The notes under the pieces: generated by a model | What the model was told of the DNA's origin: nothing | Database searches by the model: none | Seen by the model: only the letters and a program-made list of their open reading frames with translations | Assembly: GCA_963705915.1 (NCBI GenBank) | Contig: OY970126.1 | Coordinates: 362,306-406,615, forward strand | DNA length: 44,310 bases | DNA from: an uncultured bacterium | GTDB taxonomy: Bacteria > Patescibacteriota > Minisyncoccia > UBA6257 > 2-01-FULL-56-20 | Direction of reading: 5' to 3' | Translations under genes and position numbers: made by a program | Part shown: positions 26,055-33,319 of the stretch, in pieces | Position numbering within the stretch: the first letter of the stretch is position 1 | Layout of the letters: each line of letters starts with the position of its first letter

Positions 26055-26080
26055 CAAGCACATTCATTTTCTCCTCACTC

Positions 26081-26151
26081 GGGCCCATAGCATAATGGTA
26101 GTGCATCCGGTTTGCATCCGGAGGGCGGGAGTCCGATTCTCCCTGGGTCCA
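26081..26151 (+). tRNA. tRNA-Ala (anticodon TGC)
   Basis: Cloverleaf read by eye. Acceptor GGGCCCA/TGGGTCC with a G3:U70 pair. Anticodon stem TCCGG/CCGGA, loop TTTGCAT. T-arm GGGAG-TCCGATT-CTCCC. No encoded CCA. Confidence 0.85.
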
Positions 26152-26173
26152 CATTTCAGAATTTACAGCAATA

Positions 26174-27442
26174 TTAATACTGGAATTCGGCTGCAATTTG
26201 AACCGACACAGGATTAAAAGCACTTGGATTTCCGCTTGGTTCCAATTCAAAATCGAGCAGATCGCCGGCAGCAACAGGCACCTTATGGGTACCATCCTCA
26301 CAGGTGTTTCCAGTACTGTGAGAAAGAATGCACGTGAGGCTGGTGTTCTCGCCGTTGTCGTTAAGATAAACTACAAGGCTCGAACCATTGGAAAGCGCTC
26401 CGCCAGCCAATGACACTACGAGATTTGATACCGTTCCGGAAATAGGAGTCGGTACACCAATTTCAGTATTATCAAATGCGCCGCTCCCGTCCATGGGGAT
26501 AAAAAACGAGTCCAGATCGGCGAAACTTTCGTCCTCGTCGGCAGGGTTTCCGTTACCGTCAGAGGTGTAGTCGGCCGTTGTTCCGGTTATGAAAAAAGTG
26601 CTGCTGGCACTTCCGCCGCCACCCCCGCTCGCCGCGATGGTGATCGTGCCAGGTGACGAGGTGGTAATTGTAATATTGGATCCCGCAGCAATGGTATACG
26701 TGGACGTAGTGAGGCCGTCAATCGTGATACTGCTTCCGCCTCCACCGGTTGCCGAAAGCGTACTACCGGAGAAAGAAAGGCCGGAGCCGATTATAACCGC
26801 CCCGATCGTGCCGGAAGCATTTGTCTTTAAAACCGAGCTCGTGACATTAGAGATGAGCATATTCCCGCCGAACGTCGTCGTTGCATTGTCTGTCTGCGCC
26901 GCGCTCCAGGTGACGGATGAAGCTGCCGTCACAAAACCTGGGTTTACAAAGGCATAGGTTATCGTACTCGGGGCGGATGTGGCAACCGAAAGGTTGCCGC
27001 CCGCCGCAAAGGTGAACGTCGACGTTGTGATGCCGTTGATCGTGATGCTGCTTCCGCCTCCGCCGCAGGTCGATGTAGCCACGCTGCCCGATGCGCTCAC
27101 GGAAAGGCATGGATTCCCAGAACTTCCGAGGCTAGAGATATTGAGTCTCGTTGTCGTCGCGTTGATCACCTGGATCCCGGTGCCTGATGCCGTGCCGAAC
27201 GATATGACGCCGGGAATGGCGACAAGCCCAGTGCCGAATGTGACCGGCCCATTGTTCGCAGTTTGAATATCAAGGAGGTTGTTGCCGATATCGATAGTAG
27301 AAACTCCATTGCCGGTGAGATTAAATACTCCGTCGCTGGTAATGCTGTTTGCATTAAAGGTAAGCGCAGCGTGGGCAGTCAGGGCAACGAAAAATAGGGC
27401 CACCGAAAGACTAACGATTACTGACGATAAAAGACGTCGCAT
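26174..27442 (-). CDS. secreted Gly/Ser/Thr-rich repeat protein (putative surface protein)
   Basis: Signal peptide MRRLLSSVIVSLSVALFFVALTAHA. Internal repeats GGGGSSITI(N/D)G(I/L)TTST(F/Y)T(F/I)AAG. -10 element TGGTATAAT at 27466..27458. Confidence 0.8.
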   Translation of the reverse strand: MRRLLSSVIVSLSVALFFVALTAHAALTFNANSITSDGVFNLTGNGVSTIDIGNNLLDIQTANNGPVTFGTGLVAIPGVISFGTASGTGIQVINATTTRLNISSLGSSGNPCLSVSASGSVATSTCGGGGSSITINGITTSTFTFAAGGNLSVATSAPSTITYAFVNPGFVTAASSVTWSAAQTDNATTTFGGNMLISNVTSSVLKTNASGTIGAVIIGSGLSFSGSTLSATGGGGSSITIDGLTTSTYTIAAGSNITITTSSPGTITIAASGGGGGSASSTFFITGTTADYTSDGNGNPADEDESFADLDSFFIPMDGSGAFDNTEIGVPTPISGTVSNLVVSLAGGALSNGSSLVVYLNDNGENTSLTCILSHSTGNTCEDGTHKVPVAAGDLLDFELEPSGNPSAFNPVSVQIAAEFQY

Positions 27443-27515
27443 GTGAGCCTTTTCTAAATTATACCAAATACGTATATACCGTTATACCTTGCGAACGCAA
27501 CACGGAATACAAGCC

Positions 27516-28151
27516 TTATATGAGCGGCTGGCCCGTAAGGAACGTAAAAATGCCGCTCATGATGGGCACGAGCAACTGGAATCCGAAGAATACAAAGATG
27601 AGCACAATGATCAATCCCCATCGCTCAAGGGTATACATCACGCGATACGTTGTTTGATTTTGCGGGAGCGCGGCAAAAAGGACGCGTGAGCCATCGAGCG
27701 GCGGGATCGGCACGAGATTGAAAACGCCGAGCAAAACGTTCACGTAGCAAACGAGTGCGAGCAACGTGAGGAACAACGTTGAGACGCTGGTATAGGAAAG
27801 GATCCTAACTGCAACACCGAAAATAATCGCGAGCGCAAAATTGGTCGCGGGACCTGCAAGCGCTATCTTCGCTGACCCGCTGCGCGGGTTCTTTAGATTA
27901 TTTGGATTGTACGGCACAGGTTTCGCCGCCGCGAAAAAGAATGCCCCGCCGGATGCAAGATATAAAAGCGCAGGAAGCAAAACTGAACCGAACGGATCGA
28001 GGTGTTTGAGCGGATTCAACGTGAGACGACCGGCGCGCTCGGCGGTGTCGTCGCCGAGCCGCTGCGCCATGTAGCCGTGGGCGACTTCGTGAAGGACGGC
28101 GGAAAAGATGAGGACGATGAATTCGAAGACGATGAGGATTGCATTGTTCAT
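27516..28151 (-). CDS. M50-family site-2 protease-like membrane metalloprotease
   Basis: HEVAHG Zn motif in TM1, LNPLKHLDPFGS, NLVPIPPLDGS. Confidence 0.85.
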   Translation of the reverse strand: MNNAILIVFEFIVLIFSAVLHEVAHGYMAQRLGDDTAERAGRLTLNPLKHLDPFGSVLLPALLYLASGGAFFFAAAKPVPYNPNNLKNPRSGSAKIALAGPATNFALAIIFGVAVRILSYTSVSTLFLTLLALVCYVNVLLGVFNLVPIPPLDGSRVLFAALPQNQTTYRVMYTLERWGLIIVLIFVFFGFQLLVPIMSGIFTFLTGQPLI

Positions 28152-28193
28152 AAAAATAATTGTAGCATTAGAACGCTATACTATATATATCAC

Positions 28194-28265
28194 GCCCTCG
28201 TGGTGAAACGGATATCACGCGTGGCTTCGAACCACGAAGTTGGGGTTCAACTCCCTACGAGGGCA
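28194..28265 (+). tRNA. tRNA-Arg (anticodon TCG)
   Basis: Acceptor GCCCTCG/CGAGGGC. Anticodon stem CGTGG/CCACG, loop CTTCGAA. T-loop TTCAACT. Confidence 0.85.
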
Positions 28266-28330
28266 CAAACGAATTGCGTTTTTTATGTATCCTTAATAGA
28301 ATAGATTTTGCAGGTGATGGCAAATAGCAC

Positions 28331-28403
28331 GCCCCTATAGCTCAGCTGGTAGAGCAACTCCCTCTTAAGGAGATGGTCCGAGGTTCGAATCCTCGTGGGG
28401 GCA
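28331..28403 (+). tRNA. tRNA-Lys (anticodon CTT)
   Basis: Acceptor GCCCCTA/TGGGGGC. D-arm GCTC-AGCTGGTA-GAGC. Anticodon loop CTCTTAA. T-arm CGAGG-TTCGAAT-CCTCG. Confidence 0.88.
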
Positions 28404-28412
28404 CAACCAATA

Positions 28413-28441
28413 TTGACGATAGCACCCAATAAGGGTATTAT
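28413..28441 (+). promoter_or_regulatory. sigma70-like promoter TTGACG-17nt-TATTAT
   Basis: -35 at 28413..28418, -10 at 28436..28441, directly after tRNA-Lys. Confidence 0.55.
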
Positions 28442-28447
28442 CAGTTT

Positions 28448-28859
28448 CAGAGGCAACCGGATACTTAGGTTGTCCATTTCAAAATCGAGAAAAGAATATG
28501 CTTCGTGATGTTCACCATTCATCGCAAGGAGCCCCTTCGCAGAGTCCCCTTATCCCCCCTCTGCCAACCGTCATGCTGTACAGAAACCTCCTGCAGTTTT
28601 TTCACGGAGGAAAAACTCCCCTGATCGAAGGAACGTTCACTCCAGATACCAAGGTGACCCACTGTTCGCAATGTCCCGCGGCTTTCGTCGCGGATGACGC
28701 TATTACCCCCGACCCGGAAAATCCTGGCCGTCACAAGCACGCAAGCCCCTGCGGACCAAAAGCGTTCGGCGCGGGAAAGTTCAGCACTGGCCGCGCATAG
28801 GCATGCATATTCTCGAATCTCACGAGGGGTATTCCATAGTGGAGTACCCCTCATTTTTT
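28448..28859 (+). ncRNA. unclassified ~410-nt transcription unit between tRNA-Lys and tRNA-Ser (structured RNA, or mRNA for a doubtful 100-aa ORF at 28498..28800)
   Basis: Promoter above. Terminator gaggggta-13nt-tacccctc + T6 (28824..28859). Hairpins ggcaacc/ggttgtc, ccgcg/cgcgg, gcgcgg/ccgcgc. The ORF product is Pro-rich and Lys/Glu-poor, unlike other proteins here, with only a weak SD. Confidence 0.35.
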
Positions 28860-28861
28860 AA

Positions 28862-28948
28862 GGAGGGTTGGCAGAGTGGTCTAACGCGCCGCACTCGAAA
28901 TGCGGTTGGGGAGAAATCCCCTCACAGGTTCGAATCCTGTACCCTCCG
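28862..28948 (+). tRNA. tRNA-Ser (anticodon CGA), long variable arm
   Basis: Acceptor GGAGGGT/ACCCTCC. Anticodon stem CCGCA/TGCGG, loop CTCGAAA. Variable arm TTGGGGAGAAATCCCCTC. T-arm ACAGG-TTCGAAT-CCTGT. Confidence 0.88.
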
Positions 28949-29013
28949 CAGTTGACACTGCCCCAGGGCTTTCTAAACTGAATGTAGTTGCACGTGGAGC
29001 AAGGAGGAGCCCC

Positions 29014-29853
29014 ATGAATCGCTGTATCGTGATCGTCGCGTTGTGCTGTGTATGCTTTGGAGTGACTCTCTCGGAGGATCAACCCTCCGCAAGCCCTTCT
29101 CTGACCAAAGAAACGCTGGAGAGTTTTTACCAGAAACTCAATCAACAGATTAAAGATACGGTCGCCGATCTCAAGAAGCGCAGCCCCGAGACAGACCTGC
29201 TCGATGCAAGCGTCTCAAAGTGCTCAGGGTCAGATGATGCTATTTGTCTTCTCGTGCAAATCACGAGCTATGATGGAGCCCATCTGCAAGCTCTTGAACG
29301 TCTCAGCCCGGAAACGATACTCAAGGGAGACGAGGCCATTCAGGCCGTTGTCCAACAGGTTGTGATGACATGGGATAAGTTCTCGCGTCTTCCTGTGGAT
29401 GAGTTCCGTCCGAGAACTCGCGAGCAGTCGGAGTTTGTGTGGACCGCTGGCGAACGCGCAACGAAAGAAGTTTTTGTGGAAGCGCTCGTCGACGGCATGC
29501 AAAAAGACGACTCCCATTTTGTAAAGCAAGCCGTTCAAGAGTCGCCGTTCTTCCGAAAGGTGCAGATCGAGCTGCACGAAGATCGCGGTGCGAAATCGCT
29601 GGTTGTTGATGCGTGTATTGACAACCAAGACGGACTGACCAATTGTTTTCCTGCGGCGTACTATCCACTCGAGAGCATAACGCGAGAAAACCTCGCCTCG
29701 ACGATCATTCCCGATGCACTGCAGCACATTCAGAAAACACTCGAAGAACTGAACTCCGATCACAAACGCAAGCACGACCGAACCGACGAAGAAGATGAGA
29801 ACACGCAGCTGTTGAAACCTCCGACAATCCACCGTCGGAGGTTTTTCTTTTGA
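29014..29853 (+). CDS. secreted hypothetical protein, paralog A (279 aa)
   Basis: Start trimmed to the ATG after AAGGAGGA. Signal peptide MNRCIVIVALCCVCFGVTLS. The ORF ends inside terminator hairpin cctccgac..gtcggagg+T5 (29818..29851). Confidence 0.7.
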   Translation: MNRCIVIVALCCVCFGVTLSEDQPSASPSLTKETLESFYQKLNQQIKDTVADLKKRSPETDLLDASVSKCSGSDDAICLLVQITSYDGAHLQALERLSPETILKGDEAIQAVVQQVVMTWDKFSRLPVDEFRPRTREQSEFVWTAGERATKEVFVEALVDGMQKDDSHFVKQAVQESPFFRKVQIELHEDRGAKSLVVDACIDNQDGLTNCFPAAYYPLESITRENLASTIIPDALQHIQKTLEELNSDHKRKHDRTDEEDENTQLLKPPTIHRRRFFF

Positions 29854-29910
29854 CAGAACTTCGCAACATTGCATACACTAAAAGCAGATCGTCCAAAAGA
29901 GGAGGATGGT

Positions 29911-30783
29911 ATGAAACGATGCATGATTGTGCTGGTCGCGCTGTGCGTGATTTCTATCGGCGTGAGCTATGGCCAAGAACCCGCGTCAGACGGCTCGCCC
30001 ACCCCACCAACCAAAGAGGCATGGCAGACATTCTGCACGACCCTCCAGAAAGCCGTCGATGAAAAGATCGCCGCACTGATTCGCAGCAATCCGGCCATGG
30101 AAGGCTTCGGGGCTGAAGTTGTACCGTCAGACGACAAGGTGCTCATCACCCTTAAGCTTCGCATGTATAGCGGCAGCGTCCTTCGAACCGAGCTCGACAC
30201 CATCAAACCGGAAGAGATTGCCGGGCAAACCCAGGAAGACATGCGTGACGGGATTCAAGCAGAGCTTGATCTCATCGCCTCCAAGTGGCAGCAGGCGCTC
30301 ACAATGCCAAAGCTTACATTGGAGACTGCGGAACAAGCTGCGGCGTTAGGCAATCCCGCAGACAAACAGATTGCCGATTCTTTTCTCGCTGCCATGAAAA
30401 GGCAAGACCCGGCATTTCTCGAAAGGAACGCCGAACGCTGGCCCTTTCTGAGAAGCATCACGGCGAGCATTCTTGAGAAGAAGCATAAGAAATTTCTCGT
30501 CGTTTCCGTCGTGGTGAGAAACGAAGAAGGGCTCTTCGACCTCTTGCAGGTCGTAGACTATAAAGCCAAGGACGCTAGTCGTCACGGAGACGCACTCGCC
30601 AAGGACGCTATGCGGCAGATCATAAGAAGACTCCCTAGTCTCGATCCGGATCTTTACGCTAAGCCCAACGATAACCACGTTCCCATTGCCTCCGGCATTT
30701 TTCCATGCCGGAGGTTTTTCTATTTATCCCGCCTTAATGAAACGGCCGCGCCGACTGCCAGTCGCTCTCGAACGTTGTCTTGA
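29911..30783 (+). CDS. secreted hypothetical protein, paralog B (290 aa)
   Basis: ATG after GAGGAGGA. Signal peptide MKRCMIVLVALCVISIGVSYG. Loosely colinear with paralog A (TKEtLesFyqkL / TKEaWqtFcttL; FLVVSVVVRNEEGL / SLVVDACIDNQDGL). Terminator hairpin at 30689..30722 lies inside the ORF tail. Confidence 0.65.
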   Translation: MKRCMIVLVALCVISIGVSYGQEPASDGSPTPPTKEAWQTFCTTLQKAVDEKIAALIRSNPAMEGFGAEVVPSDDKVLITLKLRMYSGSVLRTELDTIKPEEIAGQTQEDMRDGIQAELDLIASKWQQALTMPKLTLETAEQAAALGNPADKQIADSFLAAMKRQDPAFLERNAERWPFLRSITASILEKKHKKFLVVSVVVRNEEGLFDLLQVVDYKAKDASRHGDALAKDAMRQIIRRLPSLDPDLYAKPNDNHVPIASGIFPCRRFFYLSRLNETAAPTASRSRTLS

Positions 30784-31786
30784 GCGCTGCGACGATCATC
30801 CGATTTGAAAGCATAATGCCAAGCTCGCGATTATGGTCGAGCGATGTTTCGGAAAAATTTTCTGAACCCACAAATGCCTGCGCGTCGTCCACAAGAATCA
30901 TCTTGGCGTGAATATAGAGTTTCGCGTTCGCGGAATAGGTAGAAACTTGCACGCCTCCGTCCACAAGTTTTTGAAAAGCCGACGCCCATTCGGATGAATA
31001 GGTCATGATGATGCGCACGGCGACCCCGCGGGCAGCTGCTTCGAGGAGCGCGCCCATCACTTCTCCATCGGCCATTTCTTCGTTGTAGATATCGAGCGAT
31101 GCTGTGGCACCTGCAATGAGCGCAAGAATCGCACTACGGGACCCCGGACTCCAGACAAGATTGTTCCCGGGCGACGCCGCTTCGGCCTGGACGCCATGCG
31201 AGCCACTTCCCTGCCAATCGTCATTGAATGCATGCTCCATAGCAACAACATCGTTTTTGTTTTCGTCCATAATCCCAAAATCACGCCCGGTCGGATAAAA
31301 CTTTTTCACAAGATTGAAACTCATGATGCATCCTTCGTTCCCATCGACAACAAACGATTTCTCGTGCGTGAGGTCAAAATACTCCGGCGCCCATCGGACG
31401 GCGACGCCCGAGGCTTTGAGTACATCGTAGACCGGTTCATTCACTGCCGAAGGCTCGCCTTGATAGCCTTCGCTTAATAGCACGCGCACAGTAACACCCC
31501 GCGTTGCGGCTTGCACGAGAGCCGCCTCGATGGTTTGATCGTCCAACTCATACATCACGAGGTCGATGGATTTCCTCGCACGAGCGATCATGCTCAGTAC
31601 GGGCTCCATGCCGTCGTCCGGCTCTATCAAAAGTCCGCAGTCCCCGCCACACGCAGATTGCGGCGAAACGGAGTTCGGCGGAACCACATCCCCCGGAGCA
31701 GTAACCGATGCGGCAAGGAAATATCCCACCGCGAATAGCAATGCAATACAAATAAGCGCACCAACCTGCTTGATGTTCATACGCAT
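30734..31786 (-). CDS. phospholipase D-family protein with two HKD motifs and an N-terminal TM anchor
   Basis: HEKSFVVDG and HAKMILVDD...GSENFS. N-terminal IKQVGALICIALLFAVGYFLA. Confidence 0.85.
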   Translation of the reverse strand: MRMNIKQVGALICIALLFAVGYFLAASVTAPGDVVPPNSVSPQSACGGDCGLLIEPDDGMEPVLSMIARARKSIDLVMYELDDQTIEAALVQAATRGVTVRVLLSEGYQGEPSAVNEPVYDVLKASGVAVRWAPEYFDLTHEKSFVVDGNEGCIMSFNLVKKFYPTGRDFGIMDENKNDVVAMEHAFNDDWQGSGSHGVQAEAASPGNNLVWSPGSRSAILALIAGATASLDIYNEEMADGEVMGALLEAAARGVAVRIIMTYSSEWASAFQKLVDGGVQVSTYSANAKLYIHAKMILVDDAQAFVGSENFSETSLDHNRELGIMLSNRMIVAALKTTFESDWQSARPFH

Positions 31787-31874
31787 AGCGTACCACCCGA
31801 CCCATTAAGAATTCCTAAAAAATTTCTAAAAGATTGATAAAGTTTTGAAAATTATTTACCCTAGAGGAGACCTT

Positions 31875-31961
31875 GGTGGGGTGGCCGAGTGGTTTAAGGC
31901 AACAGTCTTGAAAACTGTCATACGGGAAACCGTATCGTGAGTTCGAATCTCACCCCCACCG
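31875..31961 (+). tRNA. tRNA-Ser (anticodon TGA), long variable arm
   Basis: Acceptor GGTGGGG/CCCCACC. Anticodon stem ACAGT/ACTGT, loop CTTGAAA. Variable arm CATACGGGAAACCGTATC. T-arm GTGAG-TTCGAAT-CTCAC. Confidence 0.9.
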
Positions 31962-32037
31962 CAGCGTATGATCGTTAAAAAAATGACGATGCCGACCTTT
32001 TGGTCGTGGACATCGCCATAATGACTTGCTCGTAACA

Positions 32038-32547
32038 TTACTTCCGCCGATATCGGAGCAGCAGAGCGCCTCGCTCGTTCAGCTTCTCAAAAGAAACCAA
32101 ACTAAAGCTCGATGATTCGCAATCGCTATTGAACAAGGGCAGGCCTTTGCCAAAGACGATTGGCTCAATGGTAAGGTAAAGCTCGTCAATCATACCTCGC
32201 TCCAAAAAATAGGAGTATGTTTGCGTGCCTCCGAGAAGGGCGACGGTTTGATATTTTTCAAGCATCGTTTCGATGGCGATGCCTGATGGATTTAGCAGAA
32301 GCAAATTTTCTCGCACCTGCTTGCTTGTTTCCACTTCGCGTGTGAAGACGATGCAATTTCTTTTTGAGAGCGGCCCTTCGGCGGTCTTGTAGGTATTATT
32401 TCCGACAACAACCGCATTGCATGTGTTCAAGAAACCGCGGAGGAAAGTTTTGTCCTCTGGGCTCGTCCAATCCGTGAAATGTCCTTCGTCACGAGCGATT
32501 TTGCCATCAATCGTTATTGCAGCAAGAGCGATAACTTTCGTTTTCAT
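32038..32547 (-). CDS. RibD C-terminal domain / dihydrofolate-reductase-like protein
   Basis: 169 aa. IALAAITIDGKIA...VVVGNNTY...LLGGTQTYSYFLERGMIDELYLTIEPIVFGKG. Confidence 0.75.
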   Translation of the reverse strand: MKTKVIALAAITIDGKIARDEGHFTDWTSPEDKTFLRGFLNTCNAVVVGNNTYKTAEGPLSKRNCIVFTREVETSKQVRENLLLLNPSGIAIETMLEKYQTVALLGGTQTYSYFLERGMIDELYLTIEPIVFGKGLPLFNSDCESSSFSLVSFEKLNERGALLLRYRRK

Positions 32548-33305
32548 TCGAATGCCCTCCAGAGGGGTGCGTAGAGATCGTTATTGGGAGCAACAACCGA
32601 TATTCGGTGCGTATCCTTATCGGTGAATTTCACGAATTTCGCGCCGCGTAAAACGAGCAACGGGGTGCGTTCATCGCCTTCGCCCATGAGAAGAACCGCC
32701 ATCGTTGATAAGCCATCGACGATATTCTTCGTGGTATGTTTCAATAACCGACCGAAAATATCCGGTGTGCCGCGATAGTCATATAGGGGCTCCATGCCAT
32801 AAAAACCGATGGAAATACCGAGAGTGCCATGGCGCAGAGGGATGATATGACTGTCGGTTACAATAACAGCGAGTTTTTTCAGATGAAATTTCTTTTTCAA
32901 ATAGCTACGAATTTCCTTGGCTAGCGCCGATGGGCGGCGGGGCCAGAGGACATAGTATCCATTTGCATTGCTCTCGTCAATTCCCGCATTAGCGATAAGG
33001 GTGTGGTCTTTTATCGTCAGATATAAATTTTTCCATGCCTTAAGATGGCTGTGCGCATATCGATCGGCTTCGCGCTTAATAAGCCGCTCTTTTTGTGTTC
33101 CGCCATTCGGCTTTATCTTCACGCATCGCCCTTGGTGAATTGCGAGCACCTTTGAAGTAATAAAAAGAATGTCGCCCTCCTGCAATTTTGGCAACGATTC
33201 GTCGAGGGCGTTATAAATGTTGTCGCGCGGCGGCAGGATGGCTCGGGTTTTGATCGGAATGAATTTCACGTCTTTAGGATACAAAAAAGGCCGGAGATAA
33301 TCCAT
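32544..33305 (-). CDS. CofE-like (F420-0:gamma-glutamyl ligase family) protein
   Basis: ITSKVLAIHQGR, ANAGIDESNANG, VIVTDSHIIPLRHGTLGISIG, MGEGDERTPLLVLRG. 4-nt overlap with the downstream gene. Confidence 0.75.
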   Translation of the reverse strand: MDYLRPFLYPKDVKFIPIKTRAILPPRDNIYNALDESLPKLQEGDILFITSKVLAIHQGRCVKIKPNGGTQKERLIKREADRYAHSHLKAWKNLYLTIKDHTLIANAGIDESNANGYYVLWPRRPSALAKEIRSYLKKKFHLKKLAVIVTDSHIIPLRHGTLGISIGFYGMEPLYDYRGTPDIFGRLLKHTTKNIVDGLSTMAVLLMGEGDERTPLLVLRGAKFVKFTDKDTHRISVVAPNNDLYAPLWRAFE

Positions 33306-33319
33306 TCCGGCCCATCGTT

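Noticed and set aside
26081-26151. First reading of this tRNA as tRNA-Cys (GCA)
   Set aside because: Counting the 7-nt anticodon loop TTTGCAT puts TGC at positions 34-36. The acceptor has the G3:U70 pair diagnostic of tRNA-Ala.
28498-28800. Confident protein call for the 100-aa ORF between tRNA-Lys and tRNA-Ser
   Set aside because: Its Pro-rich, Lys/Glu-poor composition differs from all confident proteins here. It has only a weak SD, and the antisense frame is equally open. It is kept only as an alternative reading of the transcription unit.
25550-28859. Calling the ~25.7 kb or ~28.6 kb units RNase P RNA or tmRNA
   Set aside because: Only fragmentary look-alikes are present: GGAAG..GGGCAGG..CAGGGUGCC, GAGGAAAAACUCC, ACAGAAACC. 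There is no P4 pairing partner, the motifs are in the wrong order in the 28.6 kb unit, and there is no tRNA-like T-arm or CCA end. Both are left unclassified pending a covariance-model search.
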